Assembly (NCBI RefSeq): GCF_000143415.4 | Contig: NW_003314309.1 | Coordinates: forward strand, 856,641-920,640 | Length of the DNA: 64,000 nt | Reading direction: 5' to 3' | DNA from: Selaginella moellendorffii | Taxonomy: Eukaryota; Plantae; Lycopodiophyta | In this document: in pieces, positions 48,948-61,800 of the stretch | Layout: each line of letters starts with the position of its first letter | Numbering within the stretch: position 1 is the stretch's first letter | The notes under the pieces: generated by a model | Database searches by the model: none | Seen by the model: the letters and a program-made list of their open reading frames with translations, nothing else | Told to the model about the DNA's origin: nothing | Program-made: the position numbers and the translations under genes

Positions 48948-49362
48948 ACTTAGAATGAAAGAGTGTATCGTTTGTCTGGACACGTCCTTTCGTGGAATGG
49001 AATATGCCTGTCTTGGTCTTGAGAATATTCACCGAGTATCGCCATTTTAGGGCTTCCTTGTTTTCCAGTGGAGCCAGCATTCTCTTCTCGGCGATAGCGG
49101 TGATCGGAGTGGAGGAGTGGAGGAGCGGCGAAATCTCTGTAAGGCGATGGTTTAGGTGTAGGAATTGCGATGCGATCTGGCGATCGCGTTCGTCGTAAGG
49201 TGCAGAGAATGCGAGGTTTCAAGCTAGAGTCGTAGGAATGTAGCTAGGTCAGGGATTTTTGATGGAGGAATTCGGTGTGGTGATTATGGATCGAGGCAGG
49301 ATAAATTCGAGTTTGTGGAGATCTTGCCAGAGGGAGGTGGGGGAGCTTCGTCGCAGATCGAG

Positions 49363-51974
49363 ATGCCTAGCGATGAATTTAAGCTGGTGGTGATGGATGC
49401 CAAGGTGCCGGGGAAGGGGAAGAACAATGGCAAAGCAAGCGAGCCCGATTCAGGTAAGCGAAAGAAGAAAAATTCCTGCGATTGAGTTTTTTCTTCTTGT
49501 GTTCTAGAACGAGTCCAAGTTACGGTGAGAGTGAGGCCTCCTACGAAAGCTGAAGAGACCAAGGAAGATGGAGTTCCTTTTATTTTCTTGGACACTGAGA
49601 AGAATGCTGTAATTGTGAGGCGAAAGTAAGGCTTTCCATTTTGTTTTTCCTTCACTTCGTTGGGCTAAGAATGTCTACTTTGCAGGGGGAGTTTTGTGGA
49701 TTTCACGGAGTTTAAGTTCGATGCTGTTTTGCCTCCAAGTGCGACGCAAGCTGATGTCTACAATGTCTCTGCTCAAGCTGTAATTCAGGTTCGTCATGGG
49801 ATTCCTGTTTTGTCTTTCATAACCGGTGCCTTTGAAGGATGTTCTTGATGGATACAATGGCACAATTATGGCTTATGGCCAAACAGGAGCTGGAAAGACG
49901 TACACACTCTCGGACATGGTTTTTGACGACGTTGGTGGAACTTCGATTGAAGGTATGTCTTCCAGCTTTAACCGTATTTGGTTTCTTATAGAGGTTCTTT
50001 CCATTCCACAGGAATTATACCTCGTTCCGCAGCCGATATATACATCAGAGCTGAAAGAGACAAAGACCATGAGTACCGAATCTCTATGTCATATATCCAG
50101 ATCTATATGGAAATGGTAAGGTCGTTGCTTTTGAGTGGCTGCAGGCGGTGATAACGTTGTTTTGATTTATTCAGATTCAAGATCTCCTCCGTCCTGAAAA
50201 TTCCAACCTCAGCATTCGCGAGACTGAGGCAGGAGGTATTTTTGTCGCAGGCATAGAAGAGGTGCAAGTAAAATCTATCGAGGACGTGATGAAGCTCTTG
50301 ATGATCGGTGATCGAAATCGACGCTTTGCCTTCACAAGATTGGTTCGTCTCTTCGTTCCGATTATTCATTCATAACAAAGCAAGGGACGAATCCATTCCA
50401 GAGAACGGCTAACAATCGGCTTCATGTATAACTAATGTGGATACAAGTGCCTGAACTACAGAATGCCCATTCGTCCCGCAGCCATACGATTGCGATGCTT
50501 ACTGTTGAGAAGAAGGCGGTAAATCCTTTGGACGCTAAATCCTCAGCTGACAAGAAGAAACGAACTCCCAACTCTCAGCCTGGAATTTCTGAGAAGTAAG
50601 TCTTCTTTTTACATTCTTTCATTCGGTTTATATTTCTCTTTGCCTTTGTTCTCCAGGGTCCTTGTCGGCAAGCTTTTTCTTGTTGATCTTGCTGGGTCAG
50701 AAAGGTTGAAAAAGAGCGGTACGATTCTTATAAAAATTCCTCTCGTATAACGTTGCTGACACGATTTCACAGGCTCGGAGGGCCTTCGAGCATCTGAAGC
50801 TATGAGCGTCAACATGTCTCTCACGGCACTAGGTACCATACTTCTTTTTCTTACTCTTTTTTCATATTCATTCCGGGATCCTGTAATGTTTTATTGCGAT
50901 TGTAGGTAAATGCATTAGTGCGAGAGCAGATCCAAGCGTTTTGCACGTCCCCTTCCGGGACTCCAAGCTAACTCGGTTATTGCAGGAATCGCTAGGAGGT
51001 AAGTATAGTAGTTCTTTTGAGTTTATTCTCAGTGCTCTAAGATTTCTCTTTCAGGCAATGCCAAGACGTCATTAATCGTCAACATTGCTCCCTGTAGCGA
51101 GTATCTCCAAGAGACGTTATCTTCTCTTCAGTTTGGTGCACGGGTAAGCGTCGCTATGCTCAAGACAATTGCCATTTATAAAGCGTTTTGTTTCGTCAGG
51201 CGATGAAAGTAGCCACTCGAGCTATCATTAATGTGGAAGAGGAGTTTCGTTCCATCACCAGGAACTTGCAAGAAGCACTTGACCTGCAAGACGAAAGGGT
51301 TCACTCACTGGAGGTTTGATCCTTGGGTTTTTCTGGCAGTCTTAAAAGGAATGGCTTTTTGCGCTTATATACAGGCTGCAGTGCATCATAAAGATGCGCA
51401 GTTGGAGGCCGCCAAACTAAGTTTGGAGCTCAAAACCAGAGAGATGGAAAGATTAAGAGAGGAGCAAAAGCTTCGGGACGAACAAGCTCACCGGAGTGAA
51501 AAGTTTTTGGAGCAACTAAAAGTCAAAGACAAGGATTGGCAAAACAGGTCGAATTTTCTTAGATTTGAAACTTTTCAGCGTGGAACTAATGGCATTTTTG
51601 GTCAATACTCCAGATTAGAGTTGATCAAAATAGCAGCGAAGGACCATCTCATTGAAAAAGAGAACGATCGCATGGACGTATGTGCTTAGTTTTGTTCTTC
51701 CTCTAACTTGGAGACTGATTCTCGCAGGACGCGGCTCGCAGGATCCAGAAAGCTTACAAGAAGCATTACGTGATGCATATTTTGGAGGTAAGTTTCTAGC
51801 CCAGCTTCGATTCGAAAGTTTCTACATGGAACTTTTCTTTGTTGGTTGTTCCAGGAGAAGCGAAAGGTAGAACTAGTTGCTGGGTCGATGCTCTTGGCAA
51901 ACTCCGCGTCCAAAGTTTTAAAATCCATCTCTACGCTGGACGATTACTTCACAGCAAAGAGAGGGCTTTGCTGA
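49363..51974 (+). CDS. Kinesin, ARK-related motor, short coiled coil and IQ motif, no ARM repeats
   Basis: [53 protein letters not shown], neck [16 protein letters not shown]; tail [12 protein letters not shown]; start codon uncertain. Confidence 0.88.
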
Positions 51975-52171
51975 CGATGATGTGTTGCTGGACGCCGTCC
52001 GATCTTCAAGTGTTTGGAGGGTGGCCATTATTTTTAAGCTCTCTCTCATTCTCGGCAAGCTCTCTCTCGGCTCTTGGCAAGAACACTATCTCTCCATATG
52101 GTGGATTTGCGATTCGATTAGTCTCGGAAAAGAGATGGTTTTTAATAGAAGCACAAAAAAGAACGAGTACT

Positions 52172-52702
52172 CTACTCGTGCTCCTCGCTACGCAGGCGAG
52201 CAGAGCCATTGGTGAGCGCAACGTTGAGCTGCGCAGCTCTCTCGACGATGTCCTTCCTCTTGCGAGTGGAGACGTTGTGAGCAATCTCCGCGCAGTATTT
52301 CCTGGAGAGAAAAGAGAATGAGCTTTGCAAGAAACAGCAATCCAATCTAGCGAGCGCAAACCTGTTGTTCATGAGCAGGAGGTCAAGATCTGCCACAGTG
52401 TGGACGAGGAACTTGTAGAAGCCGTTTGGGAGGAGGTGCCTCGTCTTCTTGTTGGAGCCATAGCCGATGTTGGGCATGAGCGTGCATCCCTTGAATTTGC
52501 GGCGGACCCTTGAGTCGATACCTTTCGGACGCCGCCAGTTCTCCTACAGAGAGACAAAGAGAGAGAATGTCATCCCGCCCCAAATCGAAGCCCTCACTCA
52601 ATGCACGCTCACCTTGACGGAGATCTTGCGATCGCTCTGCGGGCGCTTGAATTTCTTGACGCGCTTCTTCACGATCTTCGCCTTCACCAGCGGCTTCACC
52701 AT
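52172..52702 (-). CDS. RPL32: 60S ribosomal protein L32 (eL32), 3 exons
   Basis: [58 protein letters not shown]. Confidence 0.97.
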
Positions 52703-52995
52703 GGCTCCTCACTCTCGCCCTCTCGAGCGGCGGCCGAGACCTAAAATCTAGCCCTAACCCTAAAAGCTTTGGGAGTTTACAAAGAAATGTATTTACAATT
52801 TCCTTAATGTGAAGAACTTTTCTGATTATTAGGATAACAAATACCTGAAACTATAACCAAGCTTAGAGAAACAACAAAAATTCTTAACAAGTTGACACCC
52901 GAATTTGGTCAAAAGGGAATTACATTTAAAGTTTTTGCAAGAAAATTGGTTATTAAAGTTATGTTCAGGACGAATAGTTAGGGTTCTTCCTGGCT
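52703..52995. promoter_or_regulatory. Divergent RPL32/PPR promoter with telo-box
   Basis: CCCTAACCCTAAAA at ~52752-52765; telo-boxes are typical of plant ribosomal protein genes. Confidence 0.6.
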
Positions 52996-54840
52996 ATGGC
53001 GGTGCGTGTCCTACGAAGATATTCCAGTTTTTCCCATCAACGGCGCTTCTACGGTGCGTGACTCTTTCCAAGAATGTTGCTCGAGTGGCCCGGAATGCGT
53101 CGACGATCGAGCGATTCTCGAAATATCGGCCTCCTAACGCCGTGATTTCCAGGAATCGAGGTCGCGGATCCGTCGTCGCCATCATCATCTATCGAAGCCG
53201 CCGCTGCGGAAATCACCGGTTTCGATTTTGGGGAGCCTTGGAGCCCCATTCAAACCGGCGAGAAGCAAGGTGTTGCGGCAATCCAGAGCCCAGCGGCTAC
53301 AAATCCCACGAAGAAAATCCTGCGCGCGCTGCTAGAGGAGAACGATGAGAGAAAGGGAAAGATTTCCATGGATCTCGTCGATGAGAAGCTCGGCTGCTTC
53401 AGTAGGAGACTATCGGATAGAGTCGTGGCACAGGTACTCAGGCAGCTAGTCGATCCAGACTTGGCAATGGCGTTTTTTCAATGGGCTGGGAGCCAAGTCC
53501 ACTACAACCATGGAACTTTGAGCTACAACTATCTCCTGGAGGTACTCGCTAAGTCTGGACGCTGTGATCACGTCTATGGAACTTACAACGATATGTTGGC
53601 TGCAGGTTGTGTGCCAAACACATACACGTATGGCTACCTCCTGCGAAGCTTGTGTCAAGCCCAGAGATTCGAAGAAGCTCGCAGTGTTTTCCGAGGTATG
53701 GCCGCACAGGGCTGCTCTCCAAACGTGTTCTCGTATAGCATTTTGATCGCGGGGCTTTGTAGAGGGCAAAAGGTTGACGAGGCTGCCGAGCTCCTCAACG
53801 AGATGATCGATGGTGGCCACCAGCCAAACGTTGTGACTTACGGGTCGCTTCTCAGCGGGCTGTGCAAGATGGGGAAGCTCAAAGAGGCCGTGGATCTTTT
53901 CTCGAGGATGGTCTACCGGGGGTGTCCGCCAGATGGTGTGGTTTACAACGTTCTCATAGATGGTTTCTCCAAGAAGGGTGACATGGGTGAAGCGTACAGG
54001 CTCTTCGAGGAGATGCTCGAGAAGGGGTGTATACCCACGGTCTTCACGTACAACTCGCTGCTCAGTGGATTCTCCAGGAAAGGCGAGTTTGGAAGGGTCC
54101 AGAGCTTGTTCAAGGACATGCTTCGCCAGGGATGCGTGCCAAACATCTTCACCTTCAACAATCTGCTGGATGGCTTCTGCAAGATGGGTGACATGGTGGA
54201 GGCACACCGGCTGTTTCTAGAGATGCGAAGCCTCGGCTGTCCTCCGGACGTGGTGAGCTACAACACTTTGATCCGGGGGATGTGCTCGAAAGGGAAGCCG
54301 CACGAAGCTCAGAGGCTGCTCAGGGAGATGATCAGGTCGGGTGTCGGCCCGGATATCGTCTCCTACAACATTCTCATCGATGGATATTCAAAGTCTGGAG
54401 CTCTCGACCATGCCATCAAGCTTTTCTACGAGATTCCAAAGTCCGGACTGGAGCCCGACGCATTCAGCTACTCGACCATCATCGACTGCCTGTGTAGAGC
54501 TGGCAAAGTTGGAGCAGCCTTCGTGGTTTTCAAGGACATGATCGCGAACGGAAGCGCTCCAGATGCCGCGGTGGTGATACCGCTTGTCATCGGGCTTTGC
54601 CGGGGCGAGAGATTGACGGAGTCGTGCGAGCTGTTCCAGGCGATGGTGAAGTTCGAGTGCGTGCCACTGATCCCAGAGTACAACCTCCTCATGTACAAGC
54701 TGTGCAAGGCCAAGCGCAGCGACGACGTTTGCGAAATCTTTCACGAGCTCACGGAGCGAGGCTTCTCCCCCGACGTCGAGATCTCCAAAGTCATTCTCGA
54801 GACGCTGAGAAGGAGCGACGACAAAGATGCCGCGGAATGA
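52996..54840 (+). CDS. P-class pentatricopeptide repeat protein with probable mitochondrial presequence
   Basis: About 12 35-aa PPR motifs; exon 1 MAVRVLRRYSSFSHQRRFY (52996-53053) splices via intron 53054-53152 in frame to the 53368 ORF. Confidence 0.92.
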
Positions 54841-55809
54841 GAATCCTTGGACAAAGACTGGCGATACATTCCACGAGCTATACTTCAACCGGGATCATCC
54901 TGCAAAACCAAGGTACTTTTTGTGTTCTCTTTTGATTTCGAGACTTATTCCATTTTTCATCTCACATTCTTAGACCAAGGTTTTTTTTTTTCGATTTTTT
55001 CACCTCACATTCTTTGCAAATTCCAGATTACCGCATGGATGAATCGAAGGAAAGCTAGAAAATGGAATGGAAGATCGTTGCATTGAATGTGGAGAGTGTT
55101 CTTCCGTGAACTAGGGAATTAAATGATATAATCGTCTTTAGTTTTTCCTTGGAAGTCACTTTTGGTTTGATAAATATCTAGCGACTCGATGCTTAGGACA
55201 GGGCAGTTAAAGCCCCAGTGTGAAGAGGCCTTGTATATGGCGGCGTGCTTGAATTAGGGCTTGTGCCAGTCAGGACGGTCCGTCGTCGCCCGTCGCCAAC
55301 GTCATCTCCTCCACTCTTTGTTCTACTTACCTAGGTCTCGTTATCGCCAGAAATTTCTCCTTCCAGCAAGCGCCCAGCGCCAAGTAATCGCGCCACAGCG
55401 CGCCCGGCGCTCGCGAGCTTCATCCTTCTCTTCTCCTCGACGTAGAGTCGGCGGCCTCGGACTGTTCCAGCATCGGCATTTCCTCTCCTCGCGTAGAATC
55501 CGGCATTTCTTCACAGCAGGGCCCTGGAACGGCAGGGAATTCGCTTGGCCGTGGCGACATTGCCGCAGGGTTTAAGGGCCGAGCAGGAAAATCGCGAAAT
55601 CGTCCGCCATTGGGGTTTCTGCGAGCTCAAGAACAGGTATTTCGATCGATATTTAGGTCTGCGGTGTCGCTAAAAGTGGTCGCTTGTTCATCCAGGCCGG
55701 AGAGATATTTCTCCCCCTCCTCCCTCGGATTGATTGCATGGTTCCTCTCAGGTACTAGAGCGAGCGCGCTAGCTTTTTTTGCCTGGCATGACTGGAGAGA
55801 ATAGCTGCT

Positions 55810-58800
55810 ATGCCGAGAGCTAGTGCCGCATTGAAGCCAGTGCTGCCGCCGAGTCGACGAAGCCCATCGGATTCTCACCACTGCTGCCACACCAGTTGCT
55901 GCTCCTCCTCCTCTGCCGGTACTCTCCATGGAACCCTTGCTCTCTCTTCGTTATGCATTCCTTGCTCATCCTCCGGTAGCTCATTCTCGTCCCACTCTCG
56001 CTGTGCAGGTCTCCCTGTGTCGTCCCTGCCAGCATGCTCTGAGCCCATGACGCCCTCGTCCTCCTCGTCTTCTCCTTCCACCACCATCTCGGCCATTGTT
56101 TCCAAGTCTTCTTCTAGCTCCTCTTCTTCCTCGGCTTCTCTCACTACTACCACCACTGCTGCTGCTGCGTGTTCTTCTTCCAGCCCTAATTCCTCGGTCT
56201 CTTGCTCGCAGCAGGCTCTCCAAGACACCTTGTATGAGTACGTGAGAGGCTTGCAGGATGCCATTAAGGTTCCTGACCCTGAGCTTGCGGAGCGCCTACT
56301 TGTGGAGATTGGGAGTGCGTTGAGTCTGCCATCTGCCGTCTCTCTGATCATCTCGGCCAACGGGGCTTGCCTCATAGCATCGTGTGTCAAGCACTTCCGC
56401 GGGGCTGGGACGGGCAAGGCAGGCAAGGTGGCATCATCGAAAGTTTCCAAGTCCGGTGGTGGTGGTGGTGCTGGCAGATCATCGTCATCCAAGAGCGACG
56501 AGCATGATCCTGGGGGACAGGTCGTTGCTCCCGCTTTCACCGAGGCTGCCCGAGCGGAGTTTCTGGACGTGCTCGAGTCAACAGTGACGGCTGCTGCTGC
56601 TGCCGCTGTTGCTGCTATGGACGAGGTTGTTCTTCCCTCCGAGTCGCGGAGGAAAAGGCAGAGGACTGTTGTAGAAGAAGAGGACGTGGTGCCGTGCTAC
56701 CAGAACAGGGAATGCAGGTCTTCGTTCCTGGAGAAGTCCAGAAAGCCTTTGAAGCTCAAGGGACGCAGCTTGAAGGTTGGTAGCTCTCGGAAAGTAGTGG
56801 GGTTTAGTGAACACGCAGAGAACTTTAGGCCACAGGACGAGGGGAAAGTCCCGGAAACAGGGGTTACCTTGGAGAACGGGAAAGTTAGGGAGGATAGTAA
56901 CGACGTAGCGGTGGAGCTAGATGAGAACAAGGACAAGTTTTTAGATAGTAGCAAGGCGGATCTGGACGACTCGGAAGATAGTACTAGCACTGTGAGCGAA
57001 GAGGAGGGTGATGGCGTATATTTACTCGCCAAATCGTCGGGCATGTCGAACGTAGTGGCGACTGCATGCAGTGCATTGGACAAGCTGCTGACTGCCGCAT
57101 TGCAATCGAAAACTGGTGTCAAGGTGAAGGCGGGAAACTCGAGCTTGGGGATAGGAAATGGCAAGCGGGGCAAGGCACTCTCTGCTGAGATGTACGTAGC
57201 TCTCACAGAGGCATTCGTGGATATGGTTCATGTTCTCAAGGACAATGTGGACCTGCTGAGCTGGTGCCTGAACTGTTTGGGCAGCATACTTCCACCCGGT
57301 AGTTTGGATCGAACGTCATTCGAAAGTAGCACGTACAGCAGTGTTGCTCCGGTAAAAGAGACTGTCAGCAATGACGATGATGTCTCGAAGGCTGACAACG
57401 CTGACAATCAATCGCTCTCCGTCCAAGCTCATCCTGCTCCGGCTGATCACTCACTTTTGGACCAAAAGCTCTTCCCCTCCAAAGCACTTTTGAAGCTGGC
57501 TACCAAGTATCGTGAGCACTCGACATCATCTGATTTTACCTTGAAAATAGGATCGAAGTCGACCTCGGGAAGCTATGTGGCAGCAGCGCGTACGCTTTCC
57601 TCGGGCAAGAGTTACAAAGGGATGCTGCAATCAACATTCTGCGGTGGCATTTCATCGGAGAGCACAAGCAGCTCTATTTCTGCGCTAGCTGCGGTGGCGT
57701 ATGCGGCGACCGTTCCCATGCTAGCAGAGAAAGCTGTCAAAGCGATTTTGAACGCAATGCAGTCATGCAGCATCGAATCTCATTCGACCATGGCCGGTAC
57801 GTATATTTCTTTCGGTGTTTTCTTCTTGTGTCTCTGTCATTGATATTTGTGTTATTAGCAGCATTAAGGGCTCTTTCGGCACATCTATCTTCTACGAATT
57901 CTAAGACGGCGTGTGATGATGCGTTCACTTTTATTATAGCGGCTATGCGAGAGTTCGCTAATGATGCGGATATGCAGGCAGAAAGTTGTCTGGCTCTTGG
58001 TTCACTAATCAGAGCAGTTTCTTCCACTACCGGTCATGCCGCATGGGCTGCGATAACTATTGCAATGGATAATCATCCTAGCAACCTTGCAGTACAGGTA
58101 CACTGTGGTTTCAAGATTTCGAGCTATGCCTGACACTTTTTTTACACAGAGGGCAGGGTGTGGTGCATTGCAAGTTCTTTGCACTAGGACTGGTCTTGGA
58201 GTCCCGGAATGGAGAACTGGAAAGAGACCTCTTAGAGCTTCAAGGGATATAGACAGGGAGGCAGGTGCTCGAGCTCTTATTTCTTCAATGGCATCTTTCC
58301 CGAATGATGTCAGAATTCAGTGGCACGGCTGCAGTACCCTGTGGACTTTAGTCCATTCTGCTGGAGTCAAAAGCGTCGCGAATATGGTGAACCTGGGTGC
58401 AGTTACCGCTGTTGTCGGGGCAATGTCCGTGTGCAGAATGAACGAGATGATGCAGCAGGAAGGTTGCAACGTCATCGGAACTATGGTCAGAACACTTGCG
58501 GAGAACGGGCATGAGATCGGCCTTTTTCTCTCGTCAACTGCAAAGTCTGAGGGACAGGAGCCTGATTCTGAGGAGAGCTTAGAGAAATCTACTGACTGGT
58601 GGGCAGCTTTGGGAGCAGTTGTTAGTGCGATGAAGATGTTCAGCAAGTCTAAATCTCTACAAAGCAACGGAACGTTCGCTCTTGGCTGTATTCTCAAAGG
58701 TTCGGGCGAGACTGCAACTTTCGGCTCCACATGTACTGATGTACCTGTCAAGCCAGCGATTGGAGTTGATGCTGCAGATGCAGGAAAAACCGACAGCTCG

Positions 58801-61800
58801 AAGTCACAGAAGCAGGATGCTACACTTTCTCCGGACTTTCCAGGGAAGGATATCGTCGACAATGTGGAAAGAATCAGCGCAGCTGTTGAAGCAACCATGG
58901 CGGCTATGCGGGAGTTTTCGAAAGTTGAGACCGTCCAAGTTTGGGGGTGTGCAGTGCTGCAGCAAGCATTTCTCCCATACGTCCACTATGCGAAGTGTCT
59001 TGGCCCCGTATGCGCATCGGCTTCCAGTTTGCAGCCTCAACTTTTTTCTCAGCATTTGCTGGCACATGATTCTTTGAGGACGGAGTCACTTCCTTCTGCA
59101 GCAGATTCAAATGTGAAGAGCGCCGAGGCTGGGGCACCTTCTCCTTCAGATTGGTTGGCGAAGTTTATCCTTTCTCAGGCGGCTTCGGTGATGTATATGA
59201 TATCACGAACGATGGCCTTCTCATACAACAACAGCTCGACAGGATCTCAGGCTAATCAAGCGAAGGCCACGTCCCTTCATCCAGCTCGTGGGAAGCCCAC
59301 ACTTTACTCGAGAACTCAGACGGCGACATCCAGTATTTTTTTCTCGTCCGTGCGGCAAAGCTGGTGTGCTGCATTAGGGGCTATTGGAGACGTTTTTGGA
59401 TACCTTACTCGGGATTCGGAGATCGCGATTGGCAAGGGTGGTTTCACAAACAGTGATTGCGTGGACTTCTTCAGAAGCAACAAGAGTTTCCTAGACCGCT
59501 CAAACGGGGAGCAGTTTCTGAATATTGATATGAAGAGCTCTGGTGATGATGAGTCCGAGGATGGTGCGCAATCCGAGAAGAGCTCTTTGGACACAGCAAA
59601 GCCGGACGAAGAAAGTGAAAGGAAAGGGAGCCACCACATCTGCTCAAGCAGTCACAAGTGTTGCGGGAGCTCCTCTTGGATTGATTGGAGTGGCTTTGGT
59701 GCCTCACAGCAGCAAGCCGTCAAGGACATCAAGGCCTGGCAAGAAGCAACGGAGTCAATGGCCAAAATTGCCGAAGATGTTGGATTTCCTCTGGCGGTGA
59801 AGCATGCTATACTATCCATTCGGACGATATTCTACAAGCTAGAGGACGCGGAGACGGTGATCTGGGCATGCCATGCGTTGGTAAGCTTGTACCTCACCTG
59901 GGAAAATTTGCATCTCTTTAAACCTGGGACAGAAGTTGATCGGGAAGAGTACAAGGCGAAAATATGGTGAGTTTATACATGACGTTTTTCTTGTCACCTT
60001 TATGGATTTTCTAACTTCTGCCTGCAGGGGTGAGGGCGAAGCAGGTGTCAAGCAGCTTGTTGATCTTGTGGTTCACTGGACAAGTCAAAATCGGCTCGAC
60101 GTTACCAGCCTTGCACTTCATGCTCTCTATGGTGCCTGTGTGTCGGCGGCAACAGTCAAGGAGATCGAGACGGTATTTGATCTGGGATGTCCTGGAGCTG
60201 AAGCGGTTCTAGGTGCTATGCAAAAGGCGCTATTGAGTGGCAGTGCTCAACACAGAAGGAAAGTTGTACAGCAAGCCTGCTGTGTGCTTGCGACGGTCTG
60301 TGGCTGCAGCGTACGTGCTCAGGTGGCGGTGTCTGCTCATGGTGGTGCGGATTTAATATTGACTGTCCTGGATCGCTACAACGAAGACAGTCAGATTCAG
60401 GTCAATGGACTCCACGCTCTCGGTATCGACTCACATGGACAGCCAGATTTTGATGCCATCTGGAACTCTGCAATCTCCAAGACAGTTCCTGCTGGAAAAT
60501 CCAACCGTCGACGGCGCAACAATCAGGCTTCGGCTTCCATTGTTGGCCTCACTCATATTTTCCGGGAGGGGGTCAACTGTCCATCTTTTCGGGATACTCC
60601 TGCAGACGACAGCTCTTCTCTCAGAGGAAAATGGAATCCTTTCTTCGAGAGGCTGGTTCTCGATGCACCTCAAGTTGGCCTTTTCCAAACGGCGGTAATA
60701 GCTGCTCCCGGTTGCGGTGGTCCTGCATTTGCTCTGGAGCTGTTCCGGAGGGTGTTTGAAGCTCCGTCACCCGAGGTGGCAGCACACGTCTGTTTTGTCA
60801 TTGGCTACATGGCAGAGCATAATTCCGTATGGCGTGCAAGTTTTCTCGAGGATGGAGCATTGCAAGGACTATTGGAGTGTATCTCGTCCGTACACTACTG
60901 GAAGAGGAACGTTTTCACTGCATTCGGGTTGTTACAAGAGGGTGCTGAAGTGGAGATTCAAGCCGAAGCCGAGTTTCCAGATGCGGATAGGGACGCTCTA
61001 GCTGTCGCAACGTCAACTGTTGTGGAGTTGCGGATATTGTGTGCTGCATTTTGGGCTGTTGCTGGTCTTATGAAGGATCGGTTGAACACAGTCGATCCTT
61101 TGACAGGTCGCTTTGTCCAGGTATTTCGGTTTTACTTTTTTTCTTTCTCTTTCATTTCTCGATTTTCTTAGCATCTAAATGTTCTCCTTGCAGGCATTGG
61201 CTGCTGCTTTACATCGGCATGGCGGACTTCTTTCCATTCCTTCGTACGGGCTACGATTGAAAAAGCCACATATGGAAGTCTGTGCGTCCGCAAGGCTTGC
61301 ATTAGCAAGACTCGGTGTTTTCAGGTACTGCATACACGTTGGGACCGTCTTATCTTGACTTTTATTTTCATACAGGATCGCTACTGCTTCTCAAGTTGTC
61401 TTCCTTGTACACGAGGCTGCCGAAGCCGGTGATGTCACGTGCCTCAAGGCTCTTGTGGAGAGGGGTGTGGACGTATTCGTGACTGATGGTGATGGGAAGA
61501 ACGGGGAATGGCATTCGGAGCTGTTTGGGCAGAACCTGGCAGCTCAGTTTTTCAAGGAACAGGTGCAATTGCAGGGAAGGAAAAAAGCCCGGGAAAAGGC
61601 TAAGGCTAAGAGCAAACAGAACAGCAAAAAGAAGGCGACTAATGAGGCTGCACTTTCTAGGAAGGAAGAGCAGGATCCTAGTTCAGAGCTCACAGGAGAT
61701 GTTTCAGCTTCTGTGTCGACTGAAATCTCCTCACAGGAGGTTGAGGTAGAGCCAGCGGTAGAAGTAGAGACAGTAGAGGTAGCCCATGCGGAGTCCGTGG

